Below are positions 1 through 11,465 of a stretch of DNA of 64,000 nucleotides, piece by piece. Positions within the stretch are counted from its first letter, which is position 1. Every line of letters begins with the position of its first letter. Under the pieces are notes generated by a model, which was not told the DNA's origin, made no database searches, and was given only the letters and a program-made list of their open reading frames with translations. This stretch comes from an uncultured Actinomycetota bacterium (GTDB lineage Bacteria > Actinomycetota > Thermoleophilia > Gaiellales > F1-60-MAGs149), in assembly GCA_963767885.1 (NCBI GenBank), contig CAVYFW010000014.1, positions 24,420 through 88,419 of the forward strand. The letters run 5' to 3'. The position numbers and the translations under genes are program-made.

Positions 1-1285
1 GCAGCAGCGAGGCGTCGAGCGCACGGGCGAACCAGGCCCCGAGCTCGGTCGCCGCCCAGTCGTGCGGCGAGCCGGTGAAGGGCACGAGCACCGGGCCGCG
101 CGGCACGCCGTCGCCGACCACCACCGCCACGTCGCACGGCGCGTCGGCCAGCAGCGTCAGCAGGCGCGCGTCCTCCAGCAGGCCGTCCGGCGCGTCGACC
201 AGCACGACCGACGCGTCCTGCTCGGCGGCGAGCCGCGCGAGGTCGGAGCCCGGGGTCAGCGAGGTGAAGGCGGCGACCCGCACGTGCGCCGCAAGCGACC
301 CCGTGGCGGCGCGCGCGTCGTGCACCGCCCGCACCGCGGCGGGCAGCGCCAAGGCGTCGCCGACCGTGGTGGCGGCGACGATCTCGCGCTCCGCGTCGCT
401 GGCCAGCAGGCCCGCCAGCTCCAGCAGACGGCCGAGCGCGGCGGTCGCGAGGGCGGCGACGGCGATCGTCGGCCGGGGCGCGGGCCGCGGCGCGGCCGGC
501 GACACGGCGTCACGCGCCGGTGCGGCGTCGGTGGCCGGCGCGGCGAGGGCGGGGTCGTGGCGCAGGATCGCGCGCTCCAGGTCCTGCAGCGCGGCGCTGG
601 GCTCCAGCCCGAGCTCGTCGACGAGCACCTGCCGGGCGGCGCGGTACGCGGCGAGCGCGTCCGCCTGGCGCCCGCAGCGGTAGAGGGCGAGCATGCGCAG
701 GGCGTGCGGCCCCTCGCGCAGCGGGTGCGCGGCGACGAGGTCCTCGAGCTCCGCGGCCGCGACGGCGTGACGGCCCAGCTCCAGCTCGGCCTCCAGCCGC
801 CGTTCGACGGCGATCAGCCGCAGCTCGTCGAGCCGCGCCGCCACCGGCCGCAGCACGCCGGCGGTGGCGAGGTCGGCCAGCGCCGGGCCCCGCCACAGCG
901 TGAGGGCGCTCGCCAGCGCCGCCCGGGCATCCTCCGCGCGGCCCTCCCGCAGCAGGGCGGCGCCCTCCGCGGCGCGGCGCTCGAAGCGGGCGACGTCGAC
1001 GGCGGCGGGGTCGACCCGCATCAGGTAGCCCGGGTCGCGGGTCTGGATCGCATCGCGCCCGAGCTCCTTGCGCAGCGCCGAGACGTGGCCCTGCACGACG
1101 TTGGCGGCCGTGTCGGGCGGCTCCTCCGGCCACGTCTCGTCGATCAGCCGGTCGACCGGGACGACCTGCCCGGCGTTCAGCACGAGCACCGCGAGCACCG
1201 TCCGCTGGCGCGTCCCGCCGAGCCGCGCCGGCCGTCCGTCGACGTGGGCCTCGAGCGGCCCGAGCAGGCCGTAGGCCGTCGCCAT
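1..1285 (-). CDS. AfsR/SARP-family transcriptional regulator (winged HTH + BTAD) with C-terminal USP-like region; 3' end runs off the window
   Basis: Manual translation from ATG at 1285: MATAYGLLGPLEAHVDGRPARLGGTRQRTVLAVLVLNAGQVVPVDRLIDETWPEEPP...; BTAD motifs HPLREGPHALRMLALYRCGRQADAL and LVDELGLEPS. Absent from ORF track because no stop occurs in the window. Confidence 0.85.
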   Translation of the reverse strand, partial: MATAYGLLGPLEAHVDGRPARLGGTRQRTVLAVLVLNAGQVVPVDRLIDETWPEEPPDTAANVVQGHVSALRKELGRDAIQTRDPGYLMRVDPAAVDVARFERRAAEGAALLREGRAEDARAALASALTLWRGPALADLATAGVLRPVAARLDELRLIAVERRLEAELELGRHAVAAAELEDLVAAHPLREGPHALRMLALYRCGRQADALAAYRAARQVLVDELGLEPSAALQDLERAILRHDPALAAPATDAAPARDAVSPAAPRPAPRPTIAVAALATAALGRLLELAGLLASDAEREIVAATTVGDALALPAAVRAVHDARAATGSLAAHVRVAAFTSLTPGSDLARLAAEQDASVVLVDAPDGLLEDARLLTLLADAPCDVAVVVGDGVPRGPVLVPFTGSPHDWAATELGAWFARALDASLL

Positions 1286-1307
1286 GGGCGCGAGGATAGT
1301 CTCCGGC

Positions 1308-1859
1308 TCAGCGGCTCGCCCGCGGCGCCGGGCGGCGCACGCAGAAGTGCCGGTCGTAGCGCACGCGGGTGGTCGCCGGACCGGCCTCGGCGATGGCGGC
1401 GAGCGTGCCGTCGGCGAGCTGGGTACGCATCTCCTGACGGGTCTCGGAGAGCGTCCGGGTCGTGAACCGCACGCGGCCCGGGAAGCGGCACACCAGCCGC
1501 ACGGCGCCGCGGGTCGACGCGAAGCCGGCGGCCGTGCCGTCGGGCTCGTCGTACGCCAGGCACATCGGGTTCGTGCGCGGGCTCGAGCCCTGGGGGCTGC
1601 GCCCGGACGTCACCCAGCCCAGGAACTCGTCGGCGTCGATGTGCAGATCGGTGCCGGCGACGACATCGACGTGCGGGATCGGCTCGCGCCCGAAGTCGAG
1701 GGCGGGCAGGCGCGGATGGCCGTGCGGCCACACGAGGTACGTGACGGCGGGGCCGCAACGCGTCGCGGCGCGGGCGGCGGGCGGCGACGCGAACCAGGCG
1801 GCCGAGGCGAGCGCGAGCGCGACGAGCCAGGCGTGGCGGGCAGGGCGGGACATGGGCAC
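1308..1859 (-). CDS. Hypothetical secreted protein
   Basis: N-terminal signal-peptide-like segment (AWLVALALASAAWFASPPAARA), several Cys, GC3-rich codons. Confidence 0.6.
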   Translation of the reverse strand: MPMSRPARHAWLVALALASAAWFASPPAARAATRCGPAVTYLVWPHGHPRLPALDFGREPIPHVDVVAGTDLHIDADEFLGWVTSGRSPQGSSPRTNPMCLAYDEPDGTAAGFASTRGAVRLVCRFPGRVRFTTRTLSETRQEMRTQLADGTLAAIAEAGPATTRVRYDRHFCVRRPAPRASR

Positions 1860-1940
1860 CTCCGGTCGATGGGCCCATGCTGTGCGCCGCCGCTGGCGCC
1901 GGCCTGGCGAGTGGCTGGCGGGCCGGCCGAACAGACACCA

Positions 1941-1968
1941 CGGCGCCGGCCGCTTCCGGCCGGCGCCG
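1941..1968 (-). terminator. GC-rich hairpin downstream of htrA
   Basis: Perfect 12-bp inverted repeat CGGCGCCGGCCG-cttc-CGGCCGGCGCCG, followed on the minus strand by TGGTGTCTGTT. Confidence 0.55.
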
Positions 1969-2000
1969 AGGCGCGTCAGTCGTCCTGGGGAAGGAAGGGG

Positions 2001-3373
2001 TTACGGCTGCTGCGGCAGCTGCGGCTGCTGCTGCTGCTGGCGCAGCCTGCTGCGCGGCGGCGGTGGAGAGGTCGCCGAGGGTCACGGAGACCTCGGTCTT
2101 CGACTTGTCCGCCCGCACGAGGCCGAGCTTGATCACGTCGCCGGGCTTCTTGGTCACGACCGCGTCCTGCAGGTCGCTGACCTCCTTCACCGGCTTGCCG
2201 TCGACGGACACGATCACGTCGCCGCCGATGTCGTACGTCTCGCCGTCGATCACGACCTGGTCGGTGGCCGCCTGCAGGCCCGCGCCCGCGGCCGGGCCGT
2301 CCGGGATGACGCTGGCGACCATCGCGCCCTCGTTCGTGCCGACGTCGACGCGATCGGCCAGCGTCTGGTCGACCGGCGACAGGGAGACGCCGAGCCAGGC
2401 GTGCTTGACCACGCCGTCGGCGCGCAGGCCGGACACGACGTCCTTGACCATGTCGATCGGCACCGCGAAGCCGATGCCCACGTTGCCGTCCGTGGTGCCG
2501 CCGGTCTCGATCTGCGAGTTGATGCCGATGATCTCGCCCTGCATGTTGAGCAGCGGGCCGCCGGAGTTGCCGTGGTTGATGGCGGCGTCGGTCTGGATCG
2601 CATCGCGGATCGCCGTCACGCCGTTCGGCGCCTGGATCTCGCGGCTGATGGCCGAGACGATGCCCGAGGTGACCGTGCGGTCGAGGCCGAACGGGTTGCC
2701 GATGGCGACGACGCCGTCGCCGACCTTGACGTCGGCCGAGGAGCCGAGCGGGATCGGGTTCAGCGACGAGGCGGGGACCTCGACCTTGAGCAGCGCGACG
2801 TCGGTGGCCGGGTCGGAGCCGACCACGCGCGCCTCGACGCGGTCGTTGTTGGAGAAGGACACGAAGACCGTCTGCGCGCCCTCGACCACGTGCGCGTTGG
2901 TGACGATGTAGCCGTCCTCGTCGATCACGAAGCCGCTGCCCTGGCCGTTCTCCTGCTCGACGCGGACCACGCCGGGGCCGGCCTCGTCGTAGATCTGGCC
3001 GATGCTCAGCTGGCCCGACGACGACGGGCTGCACGATCGTGCGCGTCTGCGAGGAGCTGCCGTTGGCGGCCGGCGCGGACTCGCGGATCGTGACGGTGTT
3101 GGTGCCGCCGTCGTCGAGGGCGGCGATGCCGGCGGCGCCGGCACCACCGGCGAGCAGGGCGACGAGCGCCAGCGGCAGGAAGCGGCGACCGAAGCCACCG
3201 CCGCCCCTGGGCGGGTCCTCGCGCGGCGGCTCCTGACGGGGCGGCTGCGGCGGGGCGGGCGGCGGATCACCGACGGTCGACGACGACGCCGTTTGCTCGG
3301 TGGGTGCGAAGAAGTCGAGATCGGTCCGCCGAGCGTCGGGAACCGAACCGTGATTCGACGGAACGGGGTGCAT
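2001..3373 (-). CDS. htrA: HtrA/DegP-family S1C serine protease with TM anchor and PDZ domain (frameshifts near 3015 and 2040)
   Basis: GSGF, TNAHVV, DVALLKV, IQTDAAINHGNSGGPL motifs then PDZ. TM segment lies in ORF 1976..3412. Likely true C-terminus QQQQQPQLPQQP with TAA at 2001-2003. Confidence 0.9.
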
Positions 3374-3504
3374 GAGGAGGGTTATAGCCCGCCTTCGTGA
3401 ATGCCCAGTCATCGTTCGTTTGGCCCGCGCGGCGCCTCCGTTAAGGTGACGTGAACCGACAGGCCGGATCGCCGTCCGGGTCGGTCGGGGTAGCGTTCCC
3501 GTCG

Positions 3505-5008
3505 GTGGAGAACCCGCGGCGCCGCTTGTCCCTGGTCGTGTTCCTGGCGGGCGTCGCGTCGCTGGCCACCGAGGTGACCGGCGCGCGGCTCCTGGCGCCG
3601 TACTTCGGCACGTCGAACGTCGTCTGGGCCAACGTCATCGGCATGACCCTGCTGTACCTGTCGGTGGGGTACTGGGTGGGCGGCCGCCTGGCCGACCGGC
3701 ACCCGCACATGCGCGCGCTCGCGGCCGTGGTGATGGTCGCCGCCCTCACCGTCGCGCTCCTGCCCTTCGCGACGCGGCCGCTGTTCGACGCCGCCACCGG
3801 GGCCTTCGCCGACCTCTCCGCCGGCGCCTTCATCGCGTCGTTCGCCGGCACGCTCCTGATGTTCGCCATCCCGATCACCTGCCTGGGCGCCGTCGCCCCG
3901 TGGGCCATCCGCCTGGCGGTGACGGACGTGCGCGAGGCCGGCACGGTCGCCGGACGCCTCTACGCGCTCTCCACCGTGGGCTCCATCCTCGGCACCTTCC
4001 TGCCGGTCCTGATCCTGATCCCGGCCATCGGCACGCGCCGCACGCTGCTCGTCTGCGCCGCCCTGCTCGCGCTGTCGGCCGCGCTGCTCCTGCCGCGCCG
4101 CGCCCTGGTGGCCCCCGTGGCGGTAGCCGCCCTGATCGCCCTGCCGCTGGGCCAGATCAAGGGGGGCGGCGACGACCGGGTGCTCTACGAGACGGAGTCG
4201 CCGTACCAGTTCGTGCAGGTGCTCGAGCAGCCGGACGGCGACCGCATCCTGCACCTCAACGAGGGCTGGGCCGTGCACTCGATCCTGCCCGCCGACGGCC
4301 CGCTGACGGGCGGCTACTGGGACTCGTTCCTGTCGCTGCCGCTCCTGACCGGACGGCCGGCCGGGAACCTGGCGATCCTCGGCAACGCCGGCGGCACGGT
4401 CGCCAACCTGTACGAGGCCGCCTGGCCCGAGACGTCCATCGACGGCGTCGAGATCGACCCCGTGGTCAGCGACGTCGGCCGCAAGTACCTGGGCATGGCA
4501 CAACCCGCGCCTGAAGGTGCACACCGCCGACGCGCGCTTCTGGCTGTACGGGGCCGACGGCGACTACGACGCGTTCATCATCGACGCCTACCGCCAGCCG
4601 TACATCCCGTTCCACCTGGTCACGAAGGAGTTCTTCGAGCTCGTCCGCGACCACCTGAAGCCGGGCGGCGTCGTGGCCATCAACGTCGGCACCCCGCCCG
4701 ACCTGACCGAGGCCGTCGATCGCATCGCCGACACCATGCGCGCGGTCTTCCCGGCGGTGCAGGTGTCGCGCTACGACGAGTTCAACTCGATCGTCGTCGC
4801 CTACGCCGACCCCGCGGACGCCACGGACGCCCGCGGCCGCCTGGCGTCCGCCGCCGGCCTGCCCGCCGCCGCCGCGCACCACCTCGGGCGCACGCTCGTC
4901 GACGTGCCGTCCGGCGGCGAGCCGCTGACCGACGACAACGCGCCGCTCGAGCGCATCACCGACCGCGCGCTGCTCGAGTACCTGCGCCGCGGCGCGCCCG
5001 GCAGCTAG
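3505..5008 (+). CDS. Fused membrane domain / spermidine synthase-like SAM-dependent transferase (frameshift near 4500)
   Basis: RLLAPYFGTS, GRLYALSTVGSILGTF, ESPYQ, VEIDPVV; continues in ORF 4517..5008 (DAFIIDAYRQPYIPFHL, LTDDNAP). Confidence 0.85.
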
Positions 5009-5115
5009 CAGTCCTCGATGATTGACGGCCAGGAGCCCTCACGCGCGAGGATCGTCGGTCCACTATGAGGGTGGAGCCGTCCCCGCTCCGCGGACCGTCC
5101 GAAGGCGAGGTTCCC

Positions 5116-5487
5116 ATGGCCACCGTGGGCGACGTGATGACCACCGACATCCTGACCGTGCCGAGCACGGCGACGCTCGGCGAGGTGGCCCGGCGGCTGC
5201 GGGCGCGCAACGTGGGCTCGGCGGTGGTCGTGGACGACGCGGAGCAGCCGCTGGGCATCATCACCGACCGCGAGCTCGTCGACTCGGTCGCCGCGAGCCG
5301 CAATCCCGACCAGGGACAGGCGGGCTCGTGGATGCGGCCCGAGATGTGGTCCGTCGACCGCGGCTCCAGCCTGGAGGAGGCCAGCGCGCTCATGCGCGAC
5401 GCGAACGTGCGCCACCTGCCGGTCACGGCGGAGGGGCGCGTCGTGGGCATCGTCTCGATCCGCGACCTGCTGGTCGGCAAGCTGTAG
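5116..5487 (+). CDS. CBS-domain protein
   Basis: Two CBS repeats (VGDVMTT...GIITDRE; VRHLPV...VGIVSIRDL); GAGG SD before ATG 5116. Confidence 0.9.
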   Translation: MATVGDVMTTDILTVPSTATLGEVARRLRARNVGSAVVVDDAEQPLGIITDRELVDSVAASRNPDQGQAGSWMRPEMWSVDRGSSLEEASALMRDANVRHLPVTAEGRVVGIVSIRDLLVGKL

Positions 5488-5516
5488 CCCCGACCGGCGC
5501 AGGTAGCCTGCCCGGG

Positions 5517-6275
5517 TTGCGCCGCCGCCGCTGGCTCCTCGTCGTCGCCGTCCTCGTCGTCCTCGCCCTCGCCGGTGGCGCGCTCGCGTGGTGGCAGGCC
5601 GGACGGTCCGACCCGGTCGCGCCCGACGCCGCCGTCGCCGCGTTCCGCTCGGATCCCGGGCCGCCCGCGCCGGCGGGCTCGCTGCCCCTCCCCGGCGTCT
5701 ACGGCTACGCGGTCACGGGCTGGGAGTGCGGCGGCTTCGGCCCCATCTGCCTGCGGCGCGACCTGCCGGCGGGAGCGGAGCTGACCCTGCGGCGCGCCGG
5801 CGGCGGCGTCCAGGAGCGCCTCTTCCTGTCCGAGCAGCACGGCGAGGGCCGGTCGCTCGTGCGGGGCGACGGCGGCTGGCGCCTCGCGGAGCAGTGGAGC
5901 GACCTGCAGTTCCTCGGGCTCGGGCAGCAGACGACCGACACGGCGGAGCCGCAGCCGCTCGTGCTGCCGGACGACCTCGCCGTCGGCGCGAGCTGGCGCG
6001 AGCAGTACCGCCTGCGCAGCGTGCCCGTCGAGGCGACGGCGCGCGTCGTGCGCAGCGAGACGGTGCAGGTCGGCGGCCAGCCCGTCGACACCGTCGTCAT
6101 CGCCACCGACACGACGCTCGGCGGCGCGCTCGCGGGCACCTTCCGCGAGACGACCTGGTACGCGCCGTCGCTCGGCGTCGACGTCCGGCGCCAGGTCTCG
6201 CGCCGCATCGACGGCTCGTTCCGCTACGAGCTCGAGCTCGATGCACGGCTGCTGGACGCTATTCCCCGCAGGTGA
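5517..6275 (+). CDS. Hypothetical membrane-anchored/secreted protein
   Basis: TTG start 7 nt after TAGCCT; N-terminal RRRR plus hydrophobic helix; beta-rich body with TWYAPSLG motif. Confidence 0.65.
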   Translation: MRRRRWLLVVAVLVVLALAGGALAWWQAGRSDPVAPDAAVAAFRSDPGPPAPAGSLPLPGVYGYAVTGWECGGFGPICLRRDLPAGAELTLRRAGGGVQERLFLSEQHGEGRSLVRGDGGWRLAEQWSDLQFLGLGQQTTDTAEPQPLVLPDDLAVGASWREQYRLRSVPVEATARVVRSETVQVGGQPVDTVVIATDTTLGGALAGTFRETTWYAPSLGVDVRRQVSRRIDGSFRYELELDARLLDAIPRR

Positions 6276-6369
6276 CGGGGGCCGGCCGCCGGGGGTATAG
6301 ACAGCCCGGTCCGTCTAAACTACAGGGCCGAACCTCTCGCGAATTCACGCTGCTCTGGGAGCGCCTCAC

Positions 6370-7137
<768 letters not shown>

Positions 7138-7140
7138 GCC

Positions 7141-8553
7141 ATGGCTCCCGAGCTCGAGACACCCGCACAGGTCGACATCGGCGCGTACAAGTGGGGCTTC
7201 CACGACGAGGAGAAGCCCGTCTTCAAGACGCGCCGCGGCCTCGACGAGGACGTCGTGCGCGAGATCTCCGCGCACAAGGGCGAGCCCGCCTGGATGCTCG
7301 AGTACCGCCTCAAGGCGTACGAGATCTTCCGCGCCAAGCCGATGCCCACCTGGGGCGCCGACCTCAGCGGCATCGACTTCGAGAACATCTTCTACTACCT
7401 GAAGCCCGCCGAGCAGAACGCGCGCTCGTGGGACGACGTGCCCGAGGACATCAAGAACACGTTCGAGCGCCTGGGCATCCCCGAGGCCGAGCGCAAGTAC
7501 CTCGCCGGCGTCGGCGCCCAGTACGAGTCCGAGGTCATCTACCACAACCTCAAGAAGGAGCTGGAGGACCGCGGCGTCCTCTTCCTGGACACCGACCAGG
7601 CGCTCCTGCAGCACGAGGAGCTGTTCCGCGAGTACTGGGCGACCGTCATCCCGGCGACCGACAACAAGTTCTCGGCGCTGAACTCGGCCGTGTGGTCGGG
7701 CGGCTCGTTCATCTACGTGCCGCCGGGCGTGCGCGTCGAGCAGCCGCTGCAGGCCTACTTCCGCATCAACGCGCAGAACATGGGCCAGTTCGAGCGGACG
7801 CTGATCATCGTCGACGAGGACGCCTACGTGCACTACGTCGAGGGCTGCACCGCCCCGACGTACTCCTCCGACTCGCTGCACTCCGCGGTCGTCGAGATCA
7901 TCGTCAAGCCGCGCGGCCGCGCCCGCTACACGACGATCCAGAACTGGTCGAACAACGTCTACAACCTCGTCACGAAGCGCGCCGTGGCCTACGAGGACGC
8001 GACGATGGAGTGGGTCGACGGCAACCTCGGCTCCAAGATCACCATGAAGTACCCGGCCGTCCTGCTGAAGGGCGCCCGCGCGCACGGCGAGATCCTCTCG
8101 ATCGCCTTCGCCGGCGAGGGGCAGCACCAGGACGCGGGCGGCAAGGTCACGCACATGGCGCCGGACACCACCAGCGTGATCACGTCGAAGTCGATCTCCA
8201 AGGACGGCGGCCGCTCCTCGTACCGCGGCCTCCTGCGCGTCAACCGCAACGCCGAGCGCTCGCGCTCCAAGGTCGTCTGCGACGCGCTGATCCTCGACCC
8301 CGAGTCGCGCACCGACACGTACCCGTACATCAACGTGTCCGCCGACAACGTCGACATCGGCCACGAGGCCACGGTCTCGAAGATCGGCGAGGAGCAGCTG
8401 TACTACCTCCGGAGCCGCGGCCTGTCCGAGGCCGAGGCGTCCGCGATGATCGTGGCCGGCTTCATCGAGCCGATCACGAAGGAGCTCCCGCTCGAGTACG
8501 CCGTGGAGATGAACCGTCTGATCCAGCTGCAGATGGAGGGCTCCGTCGGATGA
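7141..8553 (+). CDS. sufB: Fe-S cluster assembly protein SufB
   Basis: [43 protein letters not shown]. Confidence 0.97.
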   Translation: MAPELETPAQVDIGAYKWGFHDEEKPVFKTRRGLDEDVVREISAHKGEPAWMLEYRLKAYEIFRAKPMPTWGADLSGIDFENIFYYLKPAEQNARSWDDVPEDIKNTFERLGIPEAERKYLAGVGAQYESEVIYHNLKKELEDRGVLFLDTDQALLQHEELFREYWATVIPATDNKFSALNSAVWSGGSFIYVPPGVRVEQPLQAYFRINAQNMGQFERTLIIVDEDAYVHYVEGCTAPTYSSDSLHSAVVEIIVKPRGRARYTTIQNWSNNVYNLVTKRAVAYEDATMEWVDGNLGSKITMKYPAVLLKGARAHGEILSIAFAGEGQHQDAGGKVTHMAPDTTSVITSKSISKDGGRSSYRGLLRVNRNAERSRSKVVCDALILDPESRTDTYPYINVSADNVDIGHEATVSKIGEEQLYYLRSRGLSEAEASAMIVAGFIEPITKELPLEYAVEMNRLIQLQMEGSVG

Positions 8554-9767
8554 CGTGGCTCGAGGAGCGCCGCCAGGCCGCCGCCGAGGCGAACGCGGCC
8601 CTGCCGGTTCCGACCATCCGCGACGAGCACTGGCGGTTCACGAACCTGCGGGGCATCGACTTCGCGGCCTACCGCGCGCCGGCGCCGTCCGTCGATGCCG
8701 CCCACGCCGAGGGGACCATCCTCGCGGTCGGCAACGAGGCCGGCCGGCTGATCCAGCGCGACGGCGCGGTCGTGGTCGTCGAGCTCGACCCCGCGGTCGC
8801 GGCGCAGGGCGTGATCTTCACCAGCCTGGAGTCGGCGGCCGCCGAGCATCCGGAGCTGGTGGAGCGGTACCTGGGCACCATCGTGGGCACGGACGAGAAG
8901 TTCGCGGCCGAGAACGCGGCGCTGTGGTCCGGCGGCGCGCTGGTCTACGTGCCGCAGGGCGTGCACGTGGAGCTGCCGCTGCACGCGGCCTTCGAGCTCG
9001 CCACGGCGGGCGGCGCGCAGCACTGGCGCCTGCTCGTGGTGGCCGAGGAGTCGTCGCGCTTCACGCTCATCGAGGAGCACGTCGAGGGCCTGCCGGGCTA
9101 CGCCAACGGCGTCGTCGAGCTGTCCGTGGGCGCCAACGCCCACGTCGAGTACGTGACGGTGCAGAACCGCCACCTGGACTCGCTGCACTTCGCCCACCAC
9201 CGGGCCGAGGTCGCGCGCGACGCGCGGCTGGAGTGGGCCGCCACGGCGCTCGGCGCGCGGACGGGCAAGACGCGCATGGAGTCCCGCCTCGCCGGCCCGG
9301 GCTCGACGGTGCGCCTGACCGGCACGTACATCGTGGACGGCGACCGCCACCTCGATCTCGACACGACGCAGGAGCACGACGCGCCGCACGCCACCAGCGA
9401 CCTCGCCTTCAAGGGCGTGCTGGCCGACGAGTCGCGCGCGGTCTGGCGCGGCGTCATCCGCGTGGCGCCCGGCGCCCAGCGCACCGACGCCTACCAGGAG
9501 AACCGCAACCTCCTGCTCTCGCCGCGCGCCCACGCGGACTCCATCCCGGGCCTCGAGATCGACACCAACGACGTGCGCTGCACCCACGGCGCCACGGCCG
9601 GGCCGGTCGATCGCCAGCTGCTCTTCTACCTGATGAGCCGCGGCATCGAGCGCAAGGTCGCGGAGCGCATCGTGGTGGAGGGCTTCTTCGCCGACGTGCT
9701 GGAGCGCATCGAGTCCGAGCCCGTCCGCGAGGCCATCCGCGGCGCGCTGCTGAAGCGGCTGCCGTGA
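8550..9767 (+). CDS. sufD: Fe-S cluster assembly protein SufD
   Basis: ATG overlaps sufB stop (ATGA); [31 protein letters not shown]. Confidence 0.95.
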   Translation: MTWLEERRQAAAEANAALPVPTIRDEHWRFTNLRGIDFAAYRAPAPSVDAAHAEGTILAVGNEAGRLIQRDGAVVVVELDPAVAAQGVIFTSLESAAAEHPELVERYLGTIVGTDEKFAAENAALWSGGALVYVPQGVHVELPLHAAFELATAGGAQHWRLLVVAEESSRFTLIEEHVEGLPGYANGVVELSVGANAHVEYVTVQNRHLDSLHFAHHRAEVARDARLEWAATALGARTGKTRMESRLAGPGSTVRLTGTYIVDGDRHLDLDTTQEHDAPHATSDLAFKGVLADESRAVWRGVIRVAPGAQRTDAYQENRNLLLSPRAHADSIPGLEIDTNDVRCTHGATAGPVDRQLLFYLMSRGIERKVAERIVVEGFFADVLERIESEPVREAIRGALLKRLP

Positions 9768-11029
9768 GCGCGCAGGCGGCGCAGCCCGCCAAGACGGCGC
9801 CGCTCGACGCGGCCCGCCTGCGGGAGGACTTCCCGATCTTCAGGCGCGAGGTGCACGGCCGCCCGCTGGCCTACCTCGACTCGGCCTCCACGGCCCAGAA
9901 GCCGCGGCAGGTGCTGGACGCGATGGTCGACCTCTACTCGACCTCGTACGCGAACGTGCACCGCGGCGTCTACACCATCGCCCAGGAGGCGACGGAGGCC
10001 TACGAGGCGGTGCGCGAGCGCGTGCGGACGCTGCTCAACGCGTCGTCCACGAAGGAGATCGTGTTCACGCGCGACGCGACCGAGGCCCTCAACCTCGTGG
10101 CCTACAGCTACGGGCGGACCAACGTCGGCGAGGGCGACGTCATCGCGGCCACCGTCATGGAGCACCACTCCAACCTCGTGCCGTGGCAGGTGCTGGCGCG
10201 CGAGACGGGCGCGACCCTCTGCTTCGTGCCGATGACCGACGAGGGCGAGCTCGACCTGTCGACGCTCGACGAGATCGCGGCGACGGGCCCGGTCAAGCTG
10301 CTGGCCGTCACCGACCAGTCGAACTCGCTCGGCACGCGCAACCCGGTCCGCGAGCTCGCGGACTGGGTGCACGGGCAGGGCGGCGTGATCGTGGTCGACG
10401 GCGCGCAGTCGGTGCCGCACCGCCCGGTCGACGTGCAGGCGCTGGACTGCGACTTCCTCGCCTTCTCCGGGCACAAGCTGTGCGGGCCCTCGGGCGCCGG
10501 CGGCCTCTACGGGCGCCGCGCGCTGCTGGAGGCCATGCCGCCGTTCCTGACCGGCGGCGAGATGATCCGCTCGGTGCACCTCGACCGCACGTCGTGGAAC
10601 GAGCTGCCCTGGAAGTTCGAGGCCGGCACGCCCGCGATCGCCGAGGTCGTCGGGATGGGCGCGGCGATCGACTACCTGCAGGCCATCGGCCTCGACGCCA
10701 TCCACGCGCACGAGGCGCGCATCACCGCCTACGCGCTGGAGCGGCTGCGCGAGGTGCCCGGCGTGACGGTCTACGGACCGTCGGAGCCGACCCACCGCGG
10801 CGGCGTGGTGTCCTTCGTGCTCGACGGCGTCCACCCGCACGACGTGGCGGAGATCCTCGACCGCGACGCCGTCTGCGTCCGGGCCGGCCACCACTGCACG
10901 CAGCCGGTGATGGAGCGCCTCGGCATCGGGGCCACGACCCGCGCCTCCTTCTACCTCTACACGGTGGAGGAGGAGGTCGACCGCCTCATCGAGGGACTGC
11001 ACCGGGCCCGCGAGACGTTCGGGCTGTAG
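9764..11029 (+). CDS. sufS: Cysteine desulfurase SufS
   Basis: GTG overlaps sufD stop; YLDSASTAQKP, FSGHK (PLP Lys), RAGHHC. Confidence 0.96.
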   Translation: MSAQAAQPAKTAPLDAARLREDFPIFRREVHGRPLAYLDSASTAQKPRQVLDAMVDLYSTSYANVHRGVYTIAQEATEAYEAVRERVRTLLNASSTKEIVFTRDATEALNLVAYSYGRTNVGEGDVIAATVMEHHSNLVPWQVLARETGATLCFVPMTDEGELDLSTLDEIAATGPVKLLAVTDQSNSLGTRNPVRELADWVHGQGGVIVVDGAQSVPHRPVDVQALDCDFLAFSGHKLCGPSGAGGLYGRRALLEAMPPFLTGGEMIRSVHLDRTSWNELPWKFEAGTPAIAEVVGMGAAIDYLQAIGLDAIHAHEARITAYALERLREVPGVTVYGPSEPTHRGGVVSFVLDGVHPHDVAEILDRDAVCVRAGHHCTQPVMERLGIGATTRASFYLYTVEEEVDRLIEGLHRARETFGL

Positions 11030-11035
11030 GAGCCC

Positions 11036-11455
11036 ATGGACGACCTCTACCGCGAGCACATCCTCGACCACTACAAGAACCCGCGGAACCACGGGACGCT
11101 GGACGACCCCAAGGTCTCCGTCGAGGGCCAGAACCCGCTCTGCGGCGACCACCTGCACCTCGACGTGCGGGTCGAGGACGGCCGCGTGGCCGCGATCCGC
11201 TTCAGCGGCAAGGGCTGCGCGATCTCGCAGGCCGCGACCTCGATGCTGACCGAGATGGTCGAGGGCAAGCCGGTCGACGAGGTCGCCGCGCTGGGCCGCG
11301 AGGACATCGTGGAGGAGGTCGGCATCCCGCTCTCCCCCATGCGCCTGAAGTGCGCGCTGCTGGGCCTCGGCACCCTCAAGGTCGCGCTCAACCGCGCCGC
11401 CGGCACGCCCCTGCCCGCGGAGTGGGCGGGCATGGACGAGGTGGAGTGGAGCTAG
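11036..11455 (+). CDS. sufU: SUF system sulfur-transfer/scaffold protein SufU
   Basis: LYREHILDHYKNPRN, NPLCGD, GCAISQA, RLKCALL. Confidence 0.95.
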   Translation: MDDLYREHILDHYKNPRNHGTLDDPKVSVEGQNPLCGDHLHLDVRVEDGRVAAIRFSGKGCAISQAATSMLTEMVEGKPVDEVAALGREDIVEEVGIPLSPMRLKCALLGLGTLKVALNRAAGTPLPAEWAGMDEVEWS

Positions 11456-11465
11456 GCGACTCGCC

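Noticed and set aside
2005-2053. CAG/CTG triplet run as a contingency locus or poly-Ala tail
   Set aside because: Explained as a Gln/Pro-rich HtrA tail with a probable sequencing indel
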